This document shows, piece after piece, positions 50,556-61,391 of a DNA stretch of 64,000 nucleotides; position 1 is the first letter of the stretch; each line of letters starts with the position of its first letter. The notes beneath the pieces are model-generated. The model had not been told where the DNA came from. It saw only the letters and a program-made list of their open reading frames with translations, and made no database searches. The position numbers and the translations under genes were made by a program. The DNA comes from Nitrosopumilus sp. (lineage in GTDB: Archaea > Thermoproteota > Nitrososphaeria > Nitrososphaerales > Nitrosopumilaceae), in assembly GCA_965238275.1 (NCBI GenBank), contig OZ250186.1, positions 1,536,001-1,600,000 of the forward strand. Reading direction: 5' to 3'.

Positions 50556-51644
50556 AATTCAGGGCACGATGAAGTGCTGCAAGGCTGCGCACGTCATTTT
50601 GGATTTTGGGGTGAACGGACTTGCCACATACCAGACACGACTAGTTTTAGGCCGTATTTTTCCGGTTTTTTATGGCCGGGTTGGCAAAATGGGTGGATTA
50701 CGCATATCTTCTATTTGGAGTGTGGCTTCTGTTTGTGACTACAAAGGCAGTAAAGACGATAAACGCATTCGGAACCGCAAAGGCATTTGGAATTGCCCTT
50801 GTCGCCATAATCGCATCCCTGGTATTCAGCAATATTGTTGCCGGTGAGACCATAATCCCAGCAGGATAGTCATCTAACGGATTCCCGGGACCTGCTGCCT
50901 TTAGGAAGCCTGCCCTGTTAGTGCAGTGCTATTGAAAATATCACGCCAATTTTCGATATGTTCTACGTTCAAGATCTTTTGGTTGTGTGACCGGAATCTG
51001 AAAAATCCTTGGTCTTAAATGGGTAAAATATTTTGTCTGCCGCTATGAACATACCGGATTCTGCCGGTACAACAGAGAGGAATTATCCATAGTACCATAA
51101 CAGCCCAATGAAAAAAAGGGCAGCCAAGCACCGCAGATAAAATGGCCAGATCTCTTTTCCATTTGTAAGCATAAAGCCAATTGTATGCCAAGACATCAGC
51201 GGTAACAGGAATTGCAGGCATTGTAAATTGCCGGGGTTGCAAAATTATTGAGGGGAGTCAGCGGGTATTCTGACGGGTTTCCTGATGCTGATGTGTAAAT
51301 AAAGACAATTACATTAAATACAAATAAAATTAAAACTACTTCAAATAACGGGAGTCACAATATGATTGGTTCCATGTTTATAAAAAAATAGACATGTTTA
51401 GTTTGTTTTAATTATTGTTTTTTTATATCCGATTCAACTATCAAGTTATATCCGGCAACGGCCAACAAGATCCATCCACTCGATATCAGGATTATTCAAA
51501 TAACCGAATCCTATTGGTTGCCTGACCCTGTAGATGCGCCTGGACTTCCACACCATGGAAAAAATTGCATTAGTGGCATGTCTGGTCCTGACGGAACGGT
51601 GTGGCAAAATGGTTATTATTGCTTGATGCAGAGGATTCTATCAG

Positions 51645-52031
51645 ATGGGTGACTCAGAAACGTTCGGGGTTGAAAAGGGGCATGCAGAAAAGGTTGTAGC
51701 GTGGCTTAATGAGCAGACTGCATCCCAGGGAATAAAACTGGAGGCAAGGCTGTACGGGTACAGCATCTCGACTAGAAATTTTGGGGACTTTGAGATGTTC
51801 TCGTGGATGGGGGACGTGCAGGCCGCAAGGAGGATGATAATCCGGGCTAGCAAGAGATTCAGGGTCAGGGTTATCGAGGGCGGGTACAAGCCCAAGGAAA
51901 GGGTATTTAGAATGAAAAAGGTCGACTTTGCCAAGGTCAGGAGGGGTGACAAGACTATTGGACAGCTGGAGTTCGTGGCATCGAGGCTTGGAGGCGGACA
52001 GTGGGAGATCAAAGACGAGGAGCGGCACTAG
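51645..52031 (+). CDS. Hypothetical protein
   Basis: 128-aa ORF with normal codon usage and an upstream TTAT box. Confidence 0.75.
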   Translation: MGDSETFGVEKGHAEKVVAWLNEQTASQGIKLEARLYGYSISTRNFGDFEMFSWMGDVQAARRMIIRASKRFRVRVIEGGYKPKERVFRMKKVDFAKVRRGDKTIGQLEFVASRLGGGQWEIKDEERH

Positions 52032-52052
52032 GATGACTCGGGAGACTGCCTC

Positions 52053-52940
52053 ATGATGAGGGTGGGAATAATCGGGCTTGGCATGCTTGGGAGTGCAGTT
52101 GCCATGCATCTGCTGGATTCAGGGTTTGACGTGCTGGCATACAACCGGACCAAGGCCAAGACTGCAAAGGCCGCAGCTGCCGGCGCGCGCATCGCATCAT
52201 CGCCAATGGACGTGGCACGTGATTCTGATGTTGTAATCACGATAGTACGGGATGCAGGCGCGGTAAGGGATGTCTCGTTTGGAAACGACGGAATCGTAAA
52301 GGGGGCGCACAGGGGACTGGTTGTTGCAGACATGAGCACAGTTGATCCCTCCGAATCTGCCGACATGTCAGTCATGTTCCGGAAACACGGCATTGAAAAG
52401 ATTGACATTCCCGTAATGGGCGGCCCAAACGTGGCAGTCACCGGGGACTTGATCATGATGGCATCAGGCAGCAGGGAAGCATTCAGTAGCTGCAGGGACG
52501 TCCTTGACGGGATTGCAAGCCGGATATTCTTCCTGGGAGAAAGCGGGGTTGCACACTCTGTCAAGCTTGCCATGAACCTTCAAATCACAATGCTTGCACT
52601 GGCGCTCTCAGAAGGAATAACATTTGTCAGAAAGTCAGGCGTGGATCCCAAAAAATTCCTTGAGGTCCTAAACTCAACGTACTTTAAGACCGGCATGAGC
52701 CAGGGAAAGGCATACGGGATGATAGAGGGCATGCAGGATGCGACATTTACCCTTGCCAATCTGACAAAGGACATCAGCACCATGACGCACGCTGCAAGAG
52801 CCATGGGAATTGACCTTCCAATGATTGCAAGGGCAGAGGAGGTGTATCAGGATGCCATCAGGCATGGACTTGGCGAGATGGACTATACCGGAATCATCAG
52901 ATACATAGAAAAATCCGGACATGCTGATTCCCAGACATGA
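52053..52940 (+). CDS. Beta-hydroxyacid dehydrogenase (3-hydroxyisobutyrate/tartronate semialdehyde reductase family)
   Basis: [31 protein letters not shown]. Confidence 0.9.
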   Translation: MMRVGIIGLGMLGSAVAMHLLDSGFDVLAYNRTKAKTAKAAAAGARIASSPMDVARDSDVVITIVRDAGAVRDVSFGNDGIVKGAHRGLVVADMSTVDPSESADMSVMFRKHGIEKIDIPVMGGPNVAVTGDLIMMASGSREAFSSCRDVLDGIASRIFFLGESGVAHSVKLAMNLQITMLALALSEGITFVRKSGVDPKKFLEVLNSTYFKTGMSQGKAYGMIEGMQDATFTLANLTKDISTMTHAARAMGIDLPMIARAEEVYQDAIRHGLGEMDYTGIIRYIEKSGHADSQT

Positions 52941-53128
52941 CTGCAGGCACGTTTGTCATGGCGCATTTGCAGTCATGCGCCGAAGGAGCGCTCCTGCAGG
53001 CAGAACCCGCAGAGCGCGGGAATGGCGGTGCGGCCTTCATGCCTGGCATGTGGGTGATGAGCATGAATCCGGTATTATATATAAAAATGAGCAAAAATTC
53101 TATAAAGGCCATGATATCGTATAGTGGT

Positions 53129-53890
53129 ATGAGACTTGAAGGCAAGGTTGCCGTTGTTACGGGGGCCTCAAGCGACATAGGCAAGGGAATTGTCAGCAGG
53201 TTTGTCCAAGAGGGTGCAAAGGTGGTTCTCATTGCAAGGAATCTGGACGGACTGGAAAGCGCCAGGCAGGAGATCGGAAACAAAAAGTCGACAGTATCGA
53301 TATCCTGCGATCTGCTTGACGAGTCATACACGACGCAGGTCATCAACCAGATTATGGACACGTACGGCAAGATCGACATCCTTGTAAACAATGCAGGAAC
53401 CATAAACGACCCCGTACATTTTCACACGATGCCGACCCCTGAGATTAAGAGGGTTCTTGACGTGAATCTGTTGGGAATGTTTCACATTACAAAGGCCGTG
53501 CTTGCAAAGATGTATGAGGTGAGAAGCGGATCGATTGTAAACGTCGGATCCATCTCGGGGGAGAGGGCGATACCCAGGGTGCACCTGGCAGTGTACTCTG
53601 CAACAAAGGCTGCAATATCGATGTTTACAAAATCAATTGCAGTAGAGTATGCAAGGAGAACGATCAGGTGCAACTGTGTAAATCCTGGGATAGTCAACTC
53701 CGGAATGATCAAGCCGTATCTGGATGACCCGCATGCAAGAAAGGTGCTTGAGGACAGGCTGCCGCTTGCCAGGATAGGGGAACCATCCGATGTTGCAAAC
53801 GCCGTGCTTTATCTGGCATCAGACGAGGCCCACTGGGTCACCGGGGCCATCCTGAACGTGGATGGGGGCAAGACGGCCTCCGAAGGATGA
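53129..53890 (+). CDS. Classical SDR (FabG-like)
   Basis: [34 protein letters not shown]. Confidence 0.9.
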   Translation: MRLEGKVAVVTGASSDIGKGIVSRFVQEGAKVVLIARNLDGLESARQEIGNKKSTVSISCDLLDESYTTQVINQIMDTYGKIDILVNNAGTINDPVHFHTMPTPEIKRVLDVNLLGMFHITKAVLAKMYEVRSGSIVNVGSISGERAIPRVHLAVYSATKAAISMFTKSIAVEYARRTIRCNCVNPGIVNSGMIKPYLDDPHARKVLEDRLPLARIGEPSDVANAVLYLASDEAHWVTGAILNVDGGKTASEG

Positions 53891-53950
53891 TGACCATCCC
53901 CAGGCACAACATACCAGGATGGAATGTCTGGATGCCATGGTGTCCACGGG

Positions 53951-54526
53951 TCATGCCTGAAACGCATCAAGTGCCCTTGCGGCCAGACGCGATACCCGCA
54001 CAGGCTCCGGAACCGATCCATGCAGCGTCAGCTTGTTGAGGATACATGCCGCATCGTTTGTGGTACACCCTGACACCCTTACAAAGACGTCATGCGACGT
54101 CCTTAATCGTATCCTCTGCCTGCCACCCAGTTTCCGGTATGCTGCAACCTTTGGTTCAAACGAATTCGGAAAGTTCTGCCGAATGGCGGACTCTATGCCG
54201 TCAGAGTCATGGTAGGAGAGCCCGATGACCGGTATCCTGAGGGCCTCATGCAGCTCTTTTAGATCCACGACATTGTACCTGGACAGTATCATGCCCGATA
54301 CCAGTACATAGTTTACATCAGACCGTCCCAGCCTTGCATGCATGTCAAGGATTGCACATGTTGCATCGTTCCCTGCCAGCGTCGCACCTCCAAACACAAA
54401 ACCATCAATTACAAGGTCGCTTCTCATGACGACTCCGGCAAGGACTGCCTTGTCATTATCCTGTCCAAAGCTCTCTGCAATTGTCAGTCCGCGCAGTCCC
54501 TTCTTCTCAGGATGAAACGATCTCAT
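53951..54526 (-). CDS. DUF99 family (endonuclease V-like) protein
   Basis: GVVMRSDLVIDG, G.DAT, NVVD, VPEPVRVSRL.A. Confidence 0.85.
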   Translation of the reverse strand: MRSFHPEKKGLRGLTIAESFGQDNDKAVLAGVVMRSDLVIDGFVFGGATLAGNDATCAILDMHARLGRSDVNYVLVSGMILSRYNVVDLKELHEALRIPVIGLSYHDSDGIESAIRQNFPNSFEPKVAAYRKLGGRQRIRLRTSHDVFVRVSGCTTNDAACILNKLTLHGSVPEPVRVSRLAARALDAFQA

Positions 54527-54638
54527 CGCTCCTCCTCCTCCTCCTCATGTACATGCGATAACTGAGTCCGGTGACAAGCATTAGAATCCCTGTAATCAGC
54601 GACCACATGGAAAAAGACGAGATTTCAAATTCATCCAT
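54507..54638 (-). CDS. Possible 43-aa single-TM peptide (not in ORF track)
   Basis: MDEFEISSFSMWSLITGILMLVTGLSYRMYMRRRRRSDEIVSS: TM followed by basic stretch. Confidence 0.4.
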   Translation of the reverse strand: MDEFEISSFSMWSLITGILMLVTGLSYRMYMRRRRRSDEIVSS

Positions 54639-54789
54639 GATTCATGATGGACGGGTGCGCATCTAAAGATTTTGTTTGTACATGCTGGCTACCACCAAAG
54701 CCAGGCATAATTATTTGGACGCCTCCTGCCTTGACAGCATGTCTGGACACATCTGAAACATCTAAATATATTCGACACAGACCCGACTC

Positions 54790-54999
54790 ATGCCGGAGAT
54801 GATATGCCCCGATTGCGAAATACGCATCTTCCACGAAAACCAGACCACGCTGGACATACAGGTAAAGATCCACTCAAAGTTCTGCAGAAAGAAAAAGGGC
54901 GAGACCCACAGCTACATGCACAGGGATCTGGACCACATGGAGACATTTGATTCTGAGCGGGAAAATGACACCGCCGGGACCCCCGTCCTGAAAAAATAG
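54790..54999 (+). CDS. Small zinc-finger protein
   Basis: CPDC...H...C; TAAATATA box upstream. Confidence 0.6.
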   Translation: MPEMICPDCEIRIFHENQTTLDIQVKIHSKFCRKKKGETHSYMHRDLDHMETFDSERENDTAGTPVLKK

Positions 55000-55096
55000 C
55001 CATCTGTCAGATGCCAAATTATATTCTATCGTGAGCAGGGGTTCTGCAACCAAACACAACAAATCTATTTAACGCCAAACACCTCGTAATAAGAAA

Positions 55097-56365
55097 TTGG
55101 ACGCACTGCATCTTGCCATTTTGGGGTTGGGATTCATCCTCATCGGTGCCCTGCCTGTAGCGTTTGGCGAGCCTGTACTACACGATGACAGTCTGATCCT
55201 TGAGGAGTTTGCGCATGGAGTCGGATGGGGACACACCACCATGACTTTTGTAGACGATGACATACTGATATTGCACAAAGCCGGCACCGTCCATCTGATT
55301 CGGGACGGAATCATGCAGAACGAACCCGTATTGAAAGTTACCATAGACCCAACCTGGGAAAGCGGACTGCTGGGAATAACCAGTGCTGACTCTGCAGTCT
55401 ATATCTATTTCACAGCAGCTGGCGAGGGTGGGCACCAATTGGGAAACAAGATATACAAGTACGACTGGGGTGGGGAGACATTGGTCAATCCTGTTCTGGC
55501 CATGGAGCTTCCCTCAAACATATATCATGACGGAGGGGCGATGGTTACCGGTCTGGACAACCAGGTGTATGCGGTGATTGGGGATACCGGAAAATACGGC
55601 CCCCTTCAAAACAAATCCCTTGAGAATCTTTATCCCCCCGGCACTACTGACTATCTGGATACCAGCGTAATCCTGCGCGTGGATCCGGACGGGCCGTACC
55701 AAGCCGTGGGGATCAGAAACAGCTTCGGACTGGCCATAGATCCTGTAACCGGAAACCTGTGGGATACTGAAAACGGGGATGACGACTTTGATGAAATCAA
55801 CCTGGTTCCGGATAGGTTCAACAGTGGGTGGAACAAAATAATGGGGCCTGCAACGCAGTCCGAGCTTGACAGCCTTGTAGTTTATGAGGATTACGTCTAC
55901 AAGGATCCCGAATTTAGCTGGAAACAGGTTGTTGCGCCCACCGGTCTGAGTTTTGGAAAATTCAAGGAGACCAGTACCTATGATGACTCGCTCTTTGTAG
56001 GTGATTGCAACTACGGAAATCTTTACAAGTTCACGCTAAATCAGAACAGGGACGGATTCGAATTTATCAATCCGGATCTGCAGGACAACCTGGTAGACGA
56101 CGGCGATTCCATGGATGAGATAATACTTGGCACAGGTTTTAAGTGCATTACAGACATTGAAAGGGGACCTGACGGTTTTCTATACATTGTATCCCACGGT
56201 GAAAAGGAAATTTATAGAATTGTTCCAGCAGAGGCCTTGGGTGAGGAATACGTATCTGACTCTCCGCCTGAACAGGTATCTGACATCAACCTTGTATTGG
56301 TTGCCCTGTTGGGTGCTTCTACTGCTGTTGCAATATTCATCGTAATGAAACAGAAAAAAAAATAG
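55097..56365 (+). CDS. Membrane-anchored PQQ-dependent sugar dehydrogenase-like (GSDH) beta-propeller
   Basis: ESGLLGI, HDGG, GIRNSFGLA.DP, TENG...DEIN, APTG; C-terminal TM plus KKK. Confidence 0.88.
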   Translation: MDALHLAILGLGFILIGALPVAFGEPVLHDDSLILEEFAHGVGWGHTTMTFVDDDILILHKAGTVHLIRDGIMQNEPVLKVTIDPTWESGLLGITSADSAVYIYFTAAGEGGHQLGNKIYKYDWGGETLVNPVLAMELPSNIYHDGGAMVTGLDNQVYAVIGDTGKYGPLQNKSLENLYPPGTTDYLDTSVILRVDPDGPYQAVGIRNSFGLAIDPVTGNLWDTENGDDDFDEINLVPDRFNSGWNKIMGPATQSELDSLVVYEDYVYKDPEFSWKQVVAPTGLSFGKFKETSTYDDSLFVGDCNYGNLYKFTLNQNRDGFEFINPDLQDNLVDDGDSMDEIILGTGFKCITDIERGPDGFLYIVSHGEKEIYRIVPAEALGEEYVSDSPPEQVSDINLVLVALLGASTAVAIFIVMKQKKK

Positions 56366-56400
56366 GAAAATCTCTGAAAAAACAAATACCAGTACCGTCC

Positions 56401-56802
56401 ATGACTGGTATGGGAACAGCGCTCAAGGCAACATCAATCGATCATGTAAACATGCAGGTCAAGAATCTGGAGCAGAGTGTAATGTTTTACGCCGACCTCT
56501 TTGGTTTTGAAATAAAACAAGAATCCAACACAAACAAGGCGGATCTGCCGTCCAAAATCATTGGCAATGACGCAATCAAGCTTTGCATGTATGAGGTGCC
56601 TGACATGTCCCCGGGAGGCGGAATTGCCCATTTTGGATTCAACATTGCCAACTTTGATGAAATAATTGAAAAATGCAGGAAATCCGGGGTTGAGATACTT
56701 TATGGCGGCATAGTGGACTGGGAGACGTCAAGATCAGTGTACATAGTAGACCCGAGCGGCTATGAGGTGGAGCTTGGTGAAATTTCCGGCGGCGGAATAT
56801 AG
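56401..56802 (+). CDS. VOC/glyoxalase-family protein
   Basis: IDHVN..V.NLE.S..FY..LFG, HFGF, DPSGYEVEL. Confidence 0.9.
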   Translation: MTGMGTALKATSIDHVNMQVKNLEQSVMFYADLFGFEIKQESNTNKADLPSKIIGNDAIKLCMYEVPDMSPGGGIAHFGFNIANFDEIIEKCRKSGVEILYGGIVDWETSRSVYIVDPSGYEVELGEISGGGI

Positions 56803-57160
56803 GAATAATCGTCCCTCAAACCAATCCTGTCTGTCCAGACGCAGTATGGGCGGCGGCGGCGGCCATGACATGTCCGTCTGTATTCGTGTAATTGTACAGC
56901 GCATCTGCAATCATTTCTCATAATATTTCTTGGAACTGATGGCCTCTGCACATGCCTGCCCCTGCATCTTAACGACGCCTCTCTTTTTTGACTTTATGTG
57001 GGGTGCAGTAATCCATCACACCCTGTGGATAATTGTTGGCATGATGCTGCATCCTGTCGTACACGCCCAAGCCACTCCCCCCAAAACCAGATATGGCCAT
57101 TCGCAGAATCATTCATGCCTGTGCTTGGCCCTGAATTCCACATACTGTTAGACTAAAATA

Positions 57161-57550
57161 TTGATCTCTCGGTGTTACTCTGTGCTAATAGTTGACTGCA
57201 AGGATGTACTGTCCATTAGAAACGATCTGCTGGTATATGTCTCCGATCAGGTCGCTGCCATTCCAACCCTGAAGAACAACCAGTTCACACTGTCTGCATT
57301 TGACGATGAGATGGATATAGATCTCAGCACCGTCGTTACGGCAATCAAGGAATTTCTGGATTCGATCGGCGAGGGTCGTAATTTTGCCGTAATCCCAGAT
57401 GACGGGACGATACGCATCAAGTCCATATATGGCAAGACCATAGAGCATGAGGCTGCCCCTACCCAGGAGATGTTCTCATGCACCCATTGCGGATTCGTTA
57501 CGAGGTACCAGATGGAACTGAACATCCACATGAGAATCCACTATCTTTAG
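57161..57550 (+). CDS. Protein with C-terminal C2H2 zinc finger
   Basis: FSCTHCGF.......LNIHMRIH. Confidence 0.8.
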   Translation: MISRCYSVLIVDCKDVLSIRNDLLVYVSDQVAAIPTLKNNQFTLSAFDDEMDIDLSTVVTAIKEFLDSIGEGRNFAVIPDDGTIRIKSIYGKTIEHEAAPTQEMFSCTHCGFVTRYQMELNIHMRIHYL

Positions 57551-57724
57551 GCCACTCCTCGTGTGTCCGTGACAGAATCATACCGTGTAACCAGCGCCTG
57601 CAACCGACCGTATCCGGCCTCCCGGTATGGTTGCGCATGGTTGCGAGTCTGGTTTTTCATGCATGCTCTGGCGACCTCATACCGCGTACAAGATCTTTAT
57701 AAACACTGGATATGAAGGGCAGTC

Positions 57725-57913
57725 ATGGAGGGGCCTGCCAAAAACAATTCCACAAAAGTTTACTGTTCCAGATGCGACATGATCTTCGAGTCCAGAAAAA
57801 AATTCCAGAGTCACCTTGACGTGCATTCGTCCGATTCTTCTTCTTCTTGCGAGCAGTGTCCCATTGACACTGTTATTGCCAAGCTTGTAGGGCTCTTTAG
57901 ATTAAGATCATAA
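57725..57913 (+). CDS. Small C2H2 zinc-finger protein
   Basis: CSRC..F......HLDVH, CEQCP; TTTATAAA box at ~57696. Confidence 0.75.
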   Translation: MEGPAKNNSTKVYCSRCDMIFESRKKFQSHLDVHSSDSSSSCEQCPIDTVIAKLVGLFRLRS

Positions 57914-58392
57914 TACCTGGAAAAGCATTGTTGTGGCGGAATTTTACCGAAGGCTTTTAAGAAAAAGACTGTCGCCTATATTCAGTGTCATATTGCAGGG
58001 CTCGATCGCCTTGAGATATTTGCCGAGTCTGTAAGGTATCTGTCCCTTCAGGGAATGCACCTCAGATCAATTATTGCAGATAGTGTTTTTTCCTGAAATT
58101 TTTCTTGAAAAAATAAGAGAATTTCTATACAATCAAATAAACCTGAATTTATTCCCAGTATGGATCCTTGTAGAATTTCTTTTTTCTTTACAATACAGGA
58201 CGGTCCTGTGCTGCAGGATCTGAAAGAGAGATTTACCTTCCTAATGACCGATAACTTTGACGTCCATTATTACACAACACTACAATAATCTGAAAATCTT
58301 TTGGTTCTACATTTTATTTATGAATACATTCGATTTCAAGATCTTTAAATCAAAAGTCGAAACAGATAAATTCTTTCTCACTAACTCTGTTC

Positions 58393-58758
58393 ATGGAAAG
58401 AAACCTTGATCTTGAAAACAATGCAAAAGAACTTGTGGTTCGTTTCATAGAATCACTTAGTCAAAATGATCTCAAAAGCGCTAGAGGCTGTGTAAATGAT
58501 GATTTTGAATATATTAGTCCACTTGGGAATTATGATCGGGCAGAGCCATTCTTTAAACGCATGGAAGCGTCACCTCTAAAATTTAACATCAAAAAAGCCT
58601 TTGTAGATGGAAACGAGGTATGCGTGTTTGTTGATGTTCCTTTAGGATCTTTAACACTGCTTGCATGTGGCTGGTACACTGCGGAAGAACAAAAAATCCG
58701 TTCATTAAATCTAATATATGATCCACGGGTATTCCTGGAAGGAATATCCAATAAATAA
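58393..58758 (+). CDS. SnoaL/NTF2-like protein
   Basis: V.RFIE....D.......DDFEY..P, DGNEVCV, KI......YDPR; AT-rich. Confidence 0.8.
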   Translation: MERNLDLENNAKELVVRFIESLSQNDLKSARGCVNDDFEYISPLGNYDRAEPFFKRMEASPLKFNIKKAFVDGNEVCVFVDVPLGSLTLLACGWYTAEEQKIRSLNLIYDPRVFLEGISNK

Positions 58759-59181
58759 TATTTTTCCTAGATTATCTATAGTGCCGCTCACAAGTAATTA
58801 CCTGTGTACCGAATAGCCGTAAATGCCCGATGGCAGACGCTAGTTGCAGACGCTGTGATGGAATCAGTCGTCTGACGCCTTGGCTCATGATTTGGTGTCC
58901 TGTCCTGCGCCTGCCGCAGACGCCACGGTTTCGATTTCAGATACCACGAGTATTCCCGCCTGCACTCGGTATTGTAGCACCGCCACGAACTCGGCATCGC
59001 TTGTCTGTCCGTTCTCCCAAAGGAGAATTTGCTGTGATTCGACTGCCCAGCGTTTAAGAACTCTGGAGCCGTTGTGGTACGCAATGACTAACAATACCAG
59101 ATCTGACTGCCGGAATTGAAAAAATTTCCGTGAAAAAACAAGTGGAAAAGCATTTTTAAATAACATTTACTGCCATGCTTT

Positions 59182-59838
59182 GTGAATAAAAAGATCGTCA
59201 TCATAGCAGCTATCGCAGTGGCCATAGCCATGGCAGTAGCCTCGTTCCAGTCATCACCGCCTGATAATCCCGGTGTGACGGATCGAACACATGGGACCAT
59301 CTCCACTACCCTGGGATCTCCAATTCTGGGAGACCCGTCTGCCCCTATCACGATTATTGAATTTGGCGACTACCAGTGCCATTTCTGTCAGAAATGGTTC
59401 CATGAAACAAAGCCTGCAATAAGCAGCCAGTATATCGATACTGGAAAGGCAAACCTCGTCTTTGTCGATATGGCATTTCTGGGACGTGACTCTCCAAAGG
59501 CAGCCCAGGCCTCATACTGTGCAGAGGATCAGGGGATGTACTGGGAGTATCATGATACCCTATACACCTATCAGGAGGCCAAAATCGACGGGGGCTGGGC
59601 AAACTCAGAAAGGCTAAAGGCGTTTGCCTCTGACTTGGGCATGGACCTGGACCAGTTTACAGACTGCCTTGATTCTGGCAAGCATGCCCAGCGCGTCCAG
59701 TACAACACAGACCAGGCAAGGGCAACCGGAATAACATCGACTCCCGGATTCGTTATTGTAGGCCCCGACCAGCAAATACGGATAAGCGGGGCCCATCCAT
59801 TCTCCACATTCCAGCAAACATTGGATTCCATGATCTAA
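59182..59838 (+). CDS. DsbA-family thioredoxin-fold protein
   Basis: GDPSAPITIIEFGDYQCHFC, GITSTPGF. Confidence 0.9.
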   Translation: MNKKIVIIAAIAVAIAMAVASFQSSPPDNPGVTDRTHGTISTTLGSPILGDPSAPITIIEFGDYQCHFCQKWFHETKPAISSQYIDTGKANLVFVDMAFLGRDSPKAAQASYCAEDQGMYWEYHDTLYTYQEAKIDGGWANSERLKAFASDLGMDLDQFTDCLDSGKHAQRVQYNTDQARATGITSTPGFVIVGPDQQIRISGAHPFSTFQQTLDSMI

Positions 59839-60315
59839 ATGGCGCAAGCGGTACGAATCGTATTTTCCAACATCCGGTTTACGGTTCTGGCAGCCGTCAT
59901 CTTTACCCTCATGGCAACAGGACTGCTGATACTGTCCGAATACATCTTTTTGGAGCCGTATGTAGTAGGCCATCTGCCGTCAGGAGGCGAGCTTGGGTTT
60001 GCCCTGATCCTAATCATTTCGGCACTGTCTGCCCTGGTCATCCCCATGAACATCTTTAGAATAACTGTTCTGAAAAACTCGAAGCGGAAGATAAGCGGTG
60101 GTGCCTTTGGCTCTATAATCGGTGCCGCCGCCGGCGCATGCAGCTGCGGACCTGTGGGGTTTGCCGTCATCTCCACGTTTGGATCCGTCGGCGCCACTGC
60201 AACTGCATTCCTTACAAGCTACGAGATCCCGATCCGGATTGTGGCCATTCTGGTACTGGCCGTTACATACGTTACCACGGTAAAATCACTCAGAACCGAA
60301 TGCAAGCTTGACTAG
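59839..60315 (+). CDS. Membrane protein with ACSCG motif
   Basis: ~4 TM segments; abuts the DsbA gene. Confidence 0.75.
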   Translation: MAQAVRIVFSNIRFTVLAAVIFTLMATGLLILSEYIFLEPYVVGHLPSGGELGFALILIISALSALVIPMNIFRITVLKNSKRKISGGAFGSIIGAAAGACSCGPVGFAVISTFGSVGATATAFLTSYEIPIRIVAILVLAVTYVTTVKSLRTECKLD

Positions 60316-60463
60316 CACCCATGTGCTGGAAATACCCCCCCCCTCCCGCAATACCCTGAAACCTACCCGCGCCTGATTCCAGGACTACTCCTGCAGAACT
60401 CCATCCTGCATCCCGGACCCGTAAAACTTGATCTATTTATTTGACTCATTTGGGCTTAACGTA

Positions 60464-61384
60464 GTGCAAAACTGGAACCTGATTATAGGAATCATGATCA
60501 TTGCCAGCCCCATACTCTTTGCAATGATCGTCTTTCCGGATTCGATAGCATGGAGCTGGAACGAGGGCAGGGGGGGCTATTTCTTTGCACTCATATTTGT
60601 TGTAGCCGAGATGATTGGGCTAAAGACTGTCATATCCAAAAGACGGCTGTATGTGGTAATTCCGATGGCGGTCCTAGTCATCGTATATCTGATCTCCTTG
60701 GAGCATGGCCTGCAGGATTACATCGTCGAGTCTGCAGACCATTTTGACGTGCAGCTGATCTACTCATGGACATGGATGTGGGACTTTGTGGTAATGGCCA
60801 TATTTTTCGTTGCAGCACTGTCCATCTTCTTTGGAAGGCGGTGGATCAGGATTGCCCCGGCAGGACCGATATTTCTTACCGGAACCGCAGTAATACTCTC
60901 CCTTGATGCATTCTTCCCCTATGACACGCTGGGCCCATTACAGTATGTTGTTCCCTATTTTGTTCAGGCAAACGTCTGGGTAATCACCGTACTTGATCTT
61001 GGCACTGCAATAGCCAGAGACAATGTCATGTTTCTGCGTGGTGACCATGGCTCCATGGCACTCCAGGTGTTCTGGCCATCTGCAGGCGTTCACAGCATAA
61101 TCATCTTCTCCCTGGTAATAGGGGCATTCATGCTCAAGATGAACATTGCCAGGCCCAGAAAGATCGTCTATTTCATACTGGGAATAATCGGCACCGTTGT
61201 AGTCAACCTGATCAGGATATTTTCCCTCTCCTGGTACGCCCTGAAGGTCACCACGGATCCTGTTGCCTGGGAGGAGTATCACAAGATCGCAGGCGAGATC
61301 ATGTTCCTGCCGTGGCTCTTTGCGTTCATACTGGTTGTAATCCTGATAGAGTCCAGGCGTCTCAAGAAGCTGGAGAAGGGCTGA
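60464..61384 (+). CDS. Thaumarchaeosortase (Ser in place of catalytic Cys)
   Basis: Multi-TM; WNEGRGG, VFWPSAGVHS, VNLIRI, EYH...GE. Confidence 0.85.
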   Translation: MQNWNLIIGIMIIASPILFAMIVFPDSIAWSWNEGRGGYFFALIFVVAEMIGLKTVISKRRLYVVIPMAVLVIVYLISLEHGLQDYIVESADHFDVQLIYSWTWMWDFVVMAIFFVAALSIFFGRRWIRIAPAGPIFLTGTAVILSLDAFFPYDTLGPLQYVVPYFVQANVWVITVLDLGTAIARDNVMFLRGDHGSMALQVFWPSAGVHSIIIFSLVIGAFMLKMNIARPRKIVYFILGIIGTVVVNLIRIFSLSWYALKVTTDPVAWEEYHKIAGEIMFLPWLFAFILVVILIESRRLKKLEKG

Positions 61385-61391
61385 AAATGCA

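Larger units (their letters stand above)
49129..50711 (+). mobile_element. IS5-family (ISL2-like) element
   Basis: 17-bp TIRs gaaaatatgcgtaatcc / ggattacgcatatcttc (1 mismatch); TA duplication. Confidence 0.92.
48550..50869 (+). pseudogene. Yip1-like membrane protein interrupted by an IS
   Basis: I.SP..AF motif; removing the IS and one TA gives ...VVSISL|FGVWLLFVTTKAVKTINAFGTAKAFG in frame. Confidence 0.8.

Noticed and set aside
49691-50572. 293-aa overlapping ORF in the IS5 element
   Set aside because: Alternative frame of a GC-rich transposase gene with no motifs.
60464-61384. Cys-to-Ser archaeosortase as a novelty
   Set aside because: This substitution is a described property of thaumarchaeosortases.
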